A stretch of 64,000 bases of DNA from Convolutriloba macropyga (Eukaryota): contig NC_134470.1 in assembly GCF_964194025.1 (NCBI RefSeq), positions 69,688,001 through 69,752,000 on the forward strand, in the 5' to 3' direction. Shown here piece by piece: positions 53,511 to 64,000 of the stretch (position 1 is its first letter; every line of letters starts with the position of its first letter). Made by a program: the position numbers and the translations under genes. Under the pieces are notes generated by a model. The model saw only the letters and a list, made by a program, of their open reading frames with translations, was not told the origin of the DNA and did not search any database.

Positions 53511-53912
53511 AAAACATAACCGACAAAACGCCGGAAGAATTGCTCTCGAATGACTAGTGGGAGCTCTAATCAATTGCAGTCTGCTTCCGTCGGGGGGAGG
53601 AGCCTAAATGGGACTAAGAAGTTCAATAGTGGGCTTCAAATAACCACATTAGAGGTTAACATATACCACTATTAAGATTTAAAGTGAAAAATGGCACCAG
53701 TTTCGGCGCACTTTTCATTTGACTTTTAGTATTAAATTGCCGCCAATTGAGTTCAGCAGCTTGAAATTGTGATTGAGAATTTAAGATCACACGAAACGCA
53801 AAAAGTCAAGGGCGTTAAAAGTCACTCGAAAAGTCAAACCGATCAAGCGAAAATTTTGCATAAAAAAGACACACACGTTTACAATAATTGCTTCTTTTGC
53901 GAGAGCAATTAA
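53511..53912 (-). mobile_element. Family E HINE-like element (close sister, truncated, at 62377-62725)
   Basis: Perfect subTIR AATTGCTCTCG 53538-53548 / CGAGAGCAATT 53900-53910; long identical stretches shared with 62377-62700. Confidence 0.8.
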
Positions 53913-55151
53913 AAAGCAACGACTTTATTTTTTATAACTCAGAAAAGATATACATTTAACTCTCCGGAATTAACTGTCTTATAGCGGAACACCGTAGATT
54001 GTGACCAAAACTTTCCAAAATTGGCTTGACCTTTCGGTGAAGCGTAGACTTAACAGCCAGTAACTGTCTTCGGGAAATAAAAGTTTTTCTTGCTCCTCTA
54101 GACGTCAAAAAGTCAAACCAATTAGACAAAGAAACGATCAAATCACCAAATTCCGATAAAAACACCAAAAGGACAAATAATTGGTACAAAGAGATTAAAT
54201 AAGAAAATCAGATCTCTGTGGTATGGAAGGACAGTTCAGATAAGAAAAGATTAAATTAATTGCTTTAATCGAGACTTCTAATAGTTGTTTTGCAAAACAG
54301 ATTGCCAATATCCTTCAACCGCCTCTAGTAGCCACAGAAGTGATAAAACTAGGGAACCGGAGGCTGCTGATATTTCCGAAATTAACGCATCATCGATCAT
54401 TTCTCTCTATCAAAACTAATATCTTGAACATTTTCTTTGGTAGAATCGATAAAATCAATAAACACGTTAATCAAAGTCACAAGTAAAGAGAAAAGTTACT
54501 AAATCTATAATAAAATATAAAATTAACAGTAAAATGCATCTCTTGACTTCTCAAAAATATAGGGCACTATTAAATACGACAAAATTAGAGCCATTTTATC
54601 TTAATAATCAAACTAACAAAATACCAGATCAATCAGTGAGTCATATGCAATAGGAAACAAACCATTTCTGTTCGATGGACACTTTAACCAGTTAAGCTTT
54701 GATTTTTACAAAACTGAACAGAATCAACAAACCTTTGAGATTTAAGAATCCAAAGCTGATGAGGAAAAACCGCAAGTCCAATTGAGTCCTTAATTGCAGC
54801 TATAGCACAAAATAAAGCCTTGTTAATAAATTACAGTTAAGTCGAAACAGAACTGCTTTTTCCTTCACCGTTTTTATCACTTCACCCCAAAAATTATCCA
54901 GTTGATTAGATTACAATTTTCAAGCGCTGTAACAATTCTCGAAAATCTTTTTGAACCGCTGTGGTGGGGGGGGGGGGGGTGCAGTTCTGTCGAATCGACA
55001 TGGCAAGTTCTCAGCTCAAAGACTAGCAACAACTACCACTTAATACTAAGTTGGCTACCTTCCTATTCTCTGAGGCTGTGAAAATCTAAGGCATTTATGT
55101 GAAATGTGTATGTACTCCCTAATAAATGGCAAGTGTGGCTGCAGACGTCTG

Positions 55152-55310
<159 letters not shown>

Positions 55311-55568
55311 TTAAAATTTTTTACATGAAACCTAAAATATAAATTACAAGGGCCTCTTTAAAAGTTATTGCTGGCGAAAAAAAAAGTGGAAACAAGTTTT
55401 AAAAAATTCCTAAATTTTTCCTCGTGAAGTTGTACTCAATCATCGCTGCCCATTGCTACAATGTAAATTTGCAAAACGCATAGCTTCCCCATTTCCATCC
55501 TGAAAATGAACTGTGCGAGACCCAACCAGCTCTTCTCACTTTTGAAGAAAGAGTTATTGATAGCATAC

Positions 55569-55718
55569 CTTCCATTTTATGAGGAATTTGAGAGAGCCAC
55601 CTGCATCACTAGCACCCTGAATACACTCCGGCTCCAGACCACGAGCAAATCCATAATTGGGAGGCACCACAAATGGGTCTTTCTCCTTCTCTTTACTCTT
55701 TCCGCTGCCAACTTTCTT
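55569..55718 (-). CDS. HP1: HP1, exon 2 (hinge and start of chromo-shadow domain)
   Basis: tttcag|AAG AAA; [28 protein letters not shown]; AAG|gtatgc. Confidence 0.92.
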
Positions 55719-55789
55719 CTGAAACATGCCCCTATCAAACATTAAGTAAGCAGATTATAGGAGCTAGTAAATCAATTGCAACTAGAAAA

Positions 55790-56460
55790 TCCTAAATCCT
55801 TTATTCATCCAATCTATCAGTATGGCATACTGGTGTACAGTACTGCTGATAAAAAAGTAATGGAAAAAATTGAAAATCAACAGAAACTGTTGATCCGAAT
55901 TATTTTTACGAAAGGAAAGTTCGAATCGAAACTCACATTGCGTTCAAAATACAAAATACCACCACTAGAGAAGGAACTTCATGTCTACGAGCTTTTGAAG
56001 CTTCTTGCAACTGTTTTAGGACAAACACATGCCCATCCAGATGTAAATAGCTACATAAGGCCCAAAGAAATTCACACACTTTCGGAACCGAAGAAAAGAA
56101 ACAAACTTTTGAAAACTGAAATAAGACTTAGCAAACAAAATAAAAAGCCCATTAAAGTTCGCGTCAGGATCCTCTGCAATATTTTAGTGAAGTATGACAT
56201 AAGTGTATTAAAAATATTCTACTACTTGACAAAAACAATTAGACTCTTATTTGCATAGTATTAGAGATGTCTACATATTTGAGAATACACAATTACTTGC
56301 TATCTTTTGGTAACAGAAATGCTCTCAAAATATATCAAGACGCCTGAGACTGAGAACGGACAGTAATTGTCTAATGGTGCTCTTGCAAACTGATAATAAC
56401 TTACTGATTGAATGTTTATTCTGTCATTTGGTACCAGTTTGAGAACGAATTTATTAATAT
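55790..56460 (+). mobile_element. 5'-truncated L2/CR1-group LINE 3' end in HP1 intron 1
   Basis: SFIHPIYQYGILVYS...QQKLLIRIIF resembles the post-RT C-terminal region of these LINE ORF2 proteins. Confidence 0.65.
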
Positions 56461-57499
56461 TATAAAACGTATTCCGTGAAAATTGGATTCAATTCGACAA
56501 AGCATACAGTGAGCCGAGATTGAATAGCAAACTCATGATTTTGAATAAGAACGTGCAAGTTTTAAAATGTCAGATCTCTGCGGTGCCAGATTCTAGAATG
56601 GCAGATTTTCCTACATACACTGCCAAATTTTGATACTGTCGGCATTTTAAACCAAGTGACTGTTTCAAATAAGGTTAAGTGACCCTGCAATGACTATCTC
56701 AATTACTTCAGAGTAGAGTCACTTCTAAACATCAAAAACCACATCCACAAATAAGCTTTAATTGCAATACAGCAACAATAATCTTAACATAGTCGGCAGA
56801 TTAAGCAATGGTTACGTGACTCTGCTTGAAGTTACTGAAAACTTCTGGCGTTTATCGAGAAACGCGAAGCGGTTCGAGATATTAAATCAGACTTTCGAAG
56901 TGTTGTCTGCAGAGTCACGCAACCATTTTGCAACAAGCACTGTACAAGTTCAGTCGGAAGCTTTGCGGAAGTGACTTTAACCGATTAAGCGATCAAAATA
57001 GGAAATTTGTTCCAATTGATCAAAAGGAGAATCACTTTTGCAGACAAATGGCAATTTTTTCCAAAGCACTTTAGGAATAAAACATTTTCTCAATTTCGTT
57101 GTTCTTTGATTTTCTGTTTTATATAAAAAGAGCCAATTGTATAGTCCCTGAAAATGAATGACTGATGACGATTCCAATCCTGCTAAAAAACATGTGACAA
57201 GATTTGATGGTTGGAGAATCTGTGGAAACGGTGGAATCAAGTAAAAAGGGAAGACTCAGAATTTTTTGAAACATCTATGGATATGATTTTCGCGAGGAGT
57301 CTTGACTTAGCCACCCAATACCCTTGTCAATTCATACAAGGGATTTTTTCGTTTCTCCATCCCCCAGTAATTTTTGTCCGCTTCTTCAAGCCCCCCCCCC
57401 TACTCCCCACCCATCAGTTCTTTCATTCCCCTATAACAAAATCATGTTGGGGAAAGAATTATTTGCACTAACAAGCAGTGGCAAAAAACGGGGAAAAAA

Positions 57500-58193
57500 A
57501 CCCTTTCAAGATATTCGAACAGTTAAAGGGGAAGAAAATCACCCAAGCACTCTCAACAACATTGCAAAGATGATTCAAATTTATATCAAAGAACGTGTCG
57601 ATAACACAATTAATCGTTTTCGAAAATCTCCTGACAAAAATTGAAAAAGTTATCAAAAGTGGCCACCGTATTGCTCCAAGACAAGCAGAAATTATAACTG
57701 AACAAATGGAACAAGAAATATAGGGAAAAAATATTCTTGGATGGAATGAACCAAAAACACTATTAAGAACAGTTTATTTCTGAGTTGGTAAGCACTTTGC
57801 TCTAAGAAGTAGTCCAGAACACCATGATTTACGCGACGGAAAAGGAAGTCAAATAAAAATTGTTGGTATGGGACAAGAGAAAAAAAGTAATATACCAGGA
57901 AGATTTATCAAAAAAAAATAATGAGGGACTAAAACATGCTAACTACAAAGCGAAAACAGGAACAACTTACTCAACTGGTGGATCACACTGTCCTGTTGAA
58001 ATTATTGAAAACTTCTCTAAAATATTCCCCCCGAAAGCCAAACCGTTTTATTGTAGACCACGAGAACGAAAGCGAAAAAAACTGGTTCCGGAACCAAGCA
58101 ATTGGTGTAAACACTCGGGTTTTAATCATTCCAAATATTGCCAAAGAAGCAGGTTGGGACTCTGCAACAAACAAAGTCAAAACAAATAGAACG
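57500..58193 (+). mobile_element. Decayed Crypton-type tyrosine recombinase (DUF3504-like) fragment
   Basis: Colinear motifs across stops and frameshifts: IRTVKGEENHPSTL..IQIYI, ILGWNEPKTLLRTVYF, HFALRSSPEHHDL, YQEDLSKKNNEGL, HCPVE, FYCRP, WFRNQAIGVNT, AKEAG..TNR. Confidence 0.75.
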
Positions 58194-58324
58194 CCAGCGC
58201 AAATACTTCCGGTAAAAAAAAACCTGTGGAAAACCAATACTCTTTTAGTCGTTAAAACTACAATTGCATTGCTAGCGCGACACGATACGGTCAGCTATCA
58301 CTTTAAGCTACCCATTTAGCTAAC

Positions 58325-58750
58325 CTTTGAACTTTCAGTGACATCCCCGGAAGGTTTAACATTTGCTGAAGCTGATTGATCACTAGCATTGGGATCTTTA
58401 GTTTTAGACGCCAACTCTTTCTCAAAAGCGGCTAACAACTCAGGACAGTCGAGGTTCTCAGCTGGTTCCCAAGTATTGCTTGCATGTGGCCAGTTCTTCC
58501 ACTTCAAAAGGTATTTGACTTTTCCTTTCTTGTTGATCTTTTTGTCAACGACCGCTTCCACGACGTACTGCTCTTCCACCTCACCGTCTTCATTTGTCTT
58601 TCGCTCGCGCTCTAAATTCTCTTTGTTGTCATTAGGACCAGGGCTTGATTTCCACTGCTTCTTCGGATCTACTCTTGAGGATCGCTTAGAATCTGGCGCA
58701 TCGTTGGCTCTGCGATCTGTAGCATGCCGACGACCAACAGTTATTGGCAT
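58325..58750 (-). CDS. HP1: HP1, exon 1 (chromodomain)
   Basis: [12 protein letters not shown]...[32 protein letters not shown]; ATG 8 nt after a ttcag acceptor; AAG|gttagc. Confidence 0.93.
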
Positions 58751-59415
58751 TGCGTTATCTGAAGTAACACGACAGTGAAGGTCGACTCTCTTTATTAAAC
58801 ATATTTTAATTTTAAAAGCAAAATGATGAGATATTTTTAAGAAAACATTTTTATCAGGCAATTACATTGCGACAGCTGCAAAGTTGAAAAATTCAATCAA
58901 AACAGATCTCCCGTTTTAAATAGTAAAGATGAACATGAACTAAGATGACATGTAATCTATATACAAAGATCACACATTTTAATCCAGTCCCATTTTTCCT
59001 TAAATAAATACTTAAGAACCAGCAAAATAACGTCAATGGTAAATTAATAAAAACCGTCCTAACGCGAAAAACATAACAGGACAAGTCCTAAACTTCAGCG
59101 TTTAAACTGACCAAACATGACTTTGGAATGAGTAGTAAAGGACTTTGAAAATTGCTGTAAAATATCCGAGTTTCAAACTGTTCTTTTGAAAGCCGGATTT
59201 TGATCGACATATTACCTTAAGAGGCGTTTTGCATTCATTTACAGGTTTTTTCGCATCAATAAGAAGATATTCCACCATCACTTCGCTGAGCAATCCATCC
59301 GTCGGAGTCAACCTTTGTTGGATTAGAATTCTTCATCTGGTGAGACCAATCCAATATTTGGCAACCTACCAATTATTTCTTTTTAGGTTACAACTTTTTT
59401 TCATTATTTTTCCGA

Positions 59416-62100
59416 ATGAGTCACAAGCTTATTGAAATCAAAACCCTGCGTATCCAAGGACAACATGGAAGCAGTTGCCCCAGCAAAACGGAACAAAGAC
59501 AAACGCATTCCGGAAATTTCAAAAATCTATTTTTAATATATATTTCAGACATAGCAATTATTCAGCGTAAAAGTGGAGACATTGAAACAAAACCTGGCCC
59601 ATTTCAAAGAGAGGTTGAACAATAAACCAGTACTCCAAAGACAGGTACTCCATCTCAAATTATTATTTCAGCACTGATACTCTAATCCTGGTTGGCGATT
59701 ACAACATAGATTACTTTAAAGATACTAGGAAACAGTACCTAAAACCTTTGCAGAAATATACTGTAAAATTTGAAAAGTAAAGCAACATGGAAAATGGAGG
59801 ACAAGTTTTTTTATTCGATCACTGCTTGAGTTCTAAAAATTACGTTTTCTAAACAGACGGATCTGAGTCAATAATCAAAAATGATCATGTCACTATATTA
59901 TATCAACAATCCTTGAAAGTAAAATGTAAATAGCAAAAGCCAGTATTTATTACGAGATACAAGAAACTATTAGATCTAAGATTAACCGTGAAACCGATCA
60001 GAAATAAAAAAAAACATTTGGAGCAAATGAAATCTTTCTAGGATGTAATGAAACTTTCAAACATGTATTGAATCATCACGCTTCTTTAAAAAAAAAGAAA
60101 GCAAAAACAAGAGAATGGTTGTTATCGAAAGAACTGCATAATTTGATCAAGGAAAAACATCACGTGTTTATTGAAGGAAAAAACCATAAATAACAGATCT
60201 TTAAGAGTTACAAAGTACTGAGAAACCTTGTTGACAGAAAATTACGTAAGGCATCTTAACGATTATAAAAAATTAGGCAGTTTTTATGAGAACCTAAGAA
60301 CTTCAAAAGACTAAGTTTATCAAAAACAAAATTAAATCAAATAAGCAAACAAACTAATTGCAAACCTGAAAAAGGACAAATTGATATCAGATGAAACAAG
60401 TTTGCTAACCGTTGAAAATGCTTTGCCCTTGGATCCTTTAGGGGCAAAGAAATTGCCCCTAAGATCCCAACATTTATTATTAAGGAATCTGAATTCAATG
60501 TCAGGAGTTAGAAAAAAAAACTTCAAAAAGATAAAAAAAAAACGAAAACGAAGTGGACAAAGATATATACCTCCTTGGGCATTAAAATATGATGAAATGT
60601 CCATTGGAGCCAATTTGCTATTAACAAGTGCATAACCAAAATCACATTCCCTAAAAGCGACAGACTTAATCGTAAAAATTATGAGCCAATTCTGTTTCTC
60701 CATTCGCAAAAGTATTATCCTGAAAAAGCTTATCCTGAAACATGACAGAGCACTAAGATTGGCAAGAAGTTTTTAAATAAACCCCATTACGTTGAAAAGA
60801 AACAAACCATTTTTTTTGGATTGGGCAAAAGTTTTTACCTCAACATGTAGATAAGGCAGGATCTTCAACAAGTTCGTTTACAAGTAACAGGAAACAGTGT
60901 GTAAAACAGAACAGTTGAATCAGACTGGACGATGATAAATTATTGTGTTCCACAAGGTACTGTACTAGAACCACTAGTTTTCATACTTTGTAACTGATTT
61001 CTGGGTAGCAAAAGGTAAGGATTCTACTGTTTAACAATTCGCAGACGATACAGCAATTCTATGTTATGAAAAAATTAAAAACCTAAATTAAGGGCTAAAA
61101 TATTAAAATATTAATGGAAGCTGAACAATATAAGAAAGAAAAAGTAATGGAAAAATAGAACTTATGGTTTTCAAATTTAAAAAGTTACCAACAGTCAATT
61201 GCGTTCCATTCAAAAGTCATTCACTGAAAGCAAGAGGTGAATGAGAGTATATAGGTGTTATTCTTGATATAAAATTGACAAACCAATAACAGCTTTATAA
61301 ATTTATCAGCAAAATGGCATTAGCCATCACATCATTTTATTTGCTGAACAATATAAGAAAGAAAAAGTAATGGAAAAATAGAACTAACGGTTTTCAAATT
61401 TAAAAAGTTACCAACAGTCAATTGCGTTCCATTCAAAAGTCATTCACTGAAAGCAAGAGATGAATGAGAGTATATAGGTGTTATTCTTGATATAAAATTG
61501 ACAAAACAATAACAGCTTTATAAAGTTATCAGCAAAATGGCATTAGCCATCACATCAATTTATTTGCCTTCAAAGGCTAGATTTAATCGTTTCAGATCTC
61601 TTGCTTTGTCGTGTTTAGAATTTAGAATTGAGTTTTCAAAGTTAGAAATCTTAATTAACAAAATAAACCAAAAATAGATGGTGCATAAAGTTTCGGATTC
61701 ACATATGACACTGCTCATAATCTACTTCTTGGACAGAAGTCTCATCACATGACTATGTAGCATAATCTTCATAAAATAGATTTCTCGATAATCTCGAACA
61801 AACAAACAGACAAACACACATGACAACCAAAAGTTCCAAACAACCGTAAACATTGAACTTAATGTAAAGAAGAGTACATAAGACTTTTGCCCCACAACAA
61901 AATGTAAATCAAAATGGAGTCACAAATCAATAACAAATTTTGTTCGCAAATGATATAAATTTCGTAGAGGAAAAATCAAACAAATTAAGAAAAAGCTGTA
62001 TGAAACAGATGCAAAAAAAGATAAATGAATGAGTTCATTTGCAATGAGAAATGAATGAGTTCCGGACACGATTGCAGGCTTTAAAAGTTTGTTTTGAAAT
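59416..62100 (+). mobile_element. Decayed, near full-length L2/CR1-group non-LTR retrotransposon ORF2 (2A-like, APE endonuclease, RT)
   Basis: In order: SGDIETKPGP, LILVGDYNID, FDH, NDH, WLLSKELHNLIKEK, VPQGTVLEPLVF, QFADDTAI, YIGVILD; many stops and frameshifts. Confidence 0.82.
61120..61565. repeat. 223-bp tandem duplication inside the LINE relic
   Basis: GCTGAACAATATAAGAAAG at 61120 and 61343; copies near-identical. Confidence 0.92.
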
Positions 62101-63113
62101 ATTTCACGAAAACAGGAAACTGAACCTTAGTTTTTCATTAGTTTTTCAGAGGAAAGATGTGTTTTGAATTGCAATATTACAACATGCAACTTTAACCTCG
62201 TGGTTAATCTAGTTAATATTTTTAAGAATTAAGATTGAAGAAACCCAAAAAACAGCAGCAAACAAACATACGGAAGTCAAAAGGCGTTCAGCGAAAAAAC
62301 TTTTTGAATTTTTTAAAATTAGGGAAACAATTTGAAGCCTGAAACGACTCGAGTTACGTAGCTGGCTACATAAACTAAACATAACCGACTAAACGTCGGA
62401 AGAATTACTCTCGAACGACTAGTGGGAGATCTAATCAATTGCAGCTTGCTTCAGTCGGGTGGGGGGGGAGGGCTAAATGCGACTAAGAAGGTCAATAGTG
62501 GGCTTCAAATAACCACATTAGAGGTTAACATGTACCACTATACAGAATTAAAGTGAAAAATGGCACCAGTTTCGGCGCACTTTTCATTTGACTTTTAGTA
62601 TTAAATTGCCGCCAATTGAGTTCAGCAGCTTGAAATTGTGATTGAGAATTTAAGATCACACGAAACGCAAAAAGTCAAGGGCGTAAAAGTCACTCGAAAA
62701 TTCAAAACCGTCAAACAAAAATTTTGCCGAATTTCTTAAACAGAGTGAAAGAGGCAAAATTTGTTCAAATATAGTCTAAAACAGATTTGAACTTTATCAT
62801 GGAATACAATCTCTCTCAATGATATTCAAAACCTCAACTCAGTGACAAAAATATTTCTAATTTCATTTTTAGATTCTACTATTGGTTAACTTTATTACCA
62901 AAAATTCACATCTGAGGTTTTCAGATTTTATCCAACAAACTACATTAAGGCCGCTGGGGAATGTGAACTTGCAGAAAATGTTCCAACCCCAGTGATGGAT
63001 ATTTTTCACTTAATTGACCTTTTAAAGATCAAATTAGAAAAAATATCGTAAAATTACAAGCTGTTCGTAAGGAATTGGTGTACCAGTAAAAAATAGTTAT
63101 GAGTCAAACTACC

Positions 63114-63364
63114 AAATGAAATAAATATTGCCGCATTACTTGGCCGACAAGATCTATCATTAAAGAGACAAGTCAAGACAATTTAAAACAACAACAACAA
63201 ACATTAAACATAGCTGGCAGATTACTAGGAAAAAGCCGCGAAATGAAATAAATATTGCCGCATTACGTGGCCGACGAGATCTACCATTAAAGAGACAAGT
63301 CAAGACAATTTAAAACAACAACGAACATTAAACATAGTAGTCAGATTGCTAGGAAATAGCCGCG
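63114..63364. repeat. ~125-bp tandem duplication spanning a family B terminus and its flank
   Basis: AAATGAAATAAATATTGCCG at 63114 and 63241. Confidence 0.9.
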
Positions 63365-63816
63365 AAAACAGCAGTCTCAGAAAGATTTAAAAAAAGACAA
63401 AAAATTCTTCTTTTCATTAAAGGCTGTGATGTTATTTTGATTAAAAATCTGTCTAACTTAACTGCTGCTTCTATTAGCCGCTCTTAAATAACCTTCAATT
63501 AGGGTGAAAAACGCTTAATTGAATTATCTCTGAATTAAGGGAAAGAAAAGTCGATTTGTGAGTAAGGAGGTCATTTTTGAGAGTGAGGAAAGTCACGGGT
63601 GACAAAAAACTTTTTCACGCCAATGAACAAACAACTCGCTCCAATAAGAGTGAAAAATGACGTCACACACAATTCAGTTGAAATTGCATAAACGAATGAA
63701 TAAAAAGCAGATTTGAAGTGGTGATTATGACGTCATATGGTCGTAACAAAAATCTTGACGAAATCAAAACCAAAAGTAGGGCATTAACAGCCTCCGCTAT
63801 CGCTGTGCGGCTATTA
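63329..63816 (-). mobile_element. Family B HINE-like element, uninterrupted copy
   Basis: AAACATAG...ATAGCCGC at left; GCGGCTAT 63807-63814; interior homologous to 35838-36331. Confidence 0.75.
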
Positions 63817-64000
63817 ATTACAGCTAAGACAGGGTATATAATTATTAAAACATGGTAACAAAAATAAAACATCAGGAAAAAACAGGTAAATAAAATAACT
63901 TGTATTTCACTAAAAAGCAGACCTGAACTGTCCTCAATGCTATTAGGTAACAAATCGCCAAAAGAACAAAAGGCGACATAGATAAAAATGCACTAAACGT

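Noticed and set aside
58389-58778. 129-aa plus-strand ORF
   Set aside because: Antisense shadow of the HP1 chromodomain exon; 26724-26990 and 55506-55745 are similar shadows, and 43354-43653 is an alternative frame of LMAN2 exon 2.
58751-58861. N-terminal extension of HP1 given by the ORF track
   Set aside because: It begins at a non-ATG codon and lies mostly upstream of the ttcag acceptor; the first ATG is at 58750.

Overview
AT-rich, repeat-dense eukaryotic DNA, most likely an invertebrate animal. Three complete spliced genes lie on the minus strand and were rebuilt exon by exon with GT-AG sites and matching phases: HP1/CBX-family (58750-55152, 3 exons, 227 aa), LMAN2/VIP36 L-type lectin (49239-42293, 4 exons, 352 aa) and TMEM248-like (41238-26762, 5 exons, 409 aa). 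There is also an orphan minus-strand exon at 2473-2713 and an intact tRNA-Glu(TTC) at 6749-6820. Much of the rest is at least six families (my labels A, B, B2, C, D, E, F) of non-autonomous Helentron/Helitron2-type (HINE/DINE-1-like) elements. They share one terminal layout but each has its own sub-terminal inverted repeat (subTIR) and hairpin. Nearly all are co-oriented with the genes, and they nest up to three deep in an A/T run about 40-50 nt from the host terminus; empty and filled sites of the same host are both visible here. Other features: a 1.05-kb triplication breaking at the tRNA 3' end, a 32-bp array, a Merlin-like MITE with an 8-bp target-site duplication (TSD), a Crypton-type tyrosine recombinase relic in the HP1 intron, decayed L2/CR1-group LINEs (one with a 2A-like motif), and splice acceptors just upstream of the start codons, which hint at trans-splicing or an operon. 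All calls are by eye; no searches or alignments were run.
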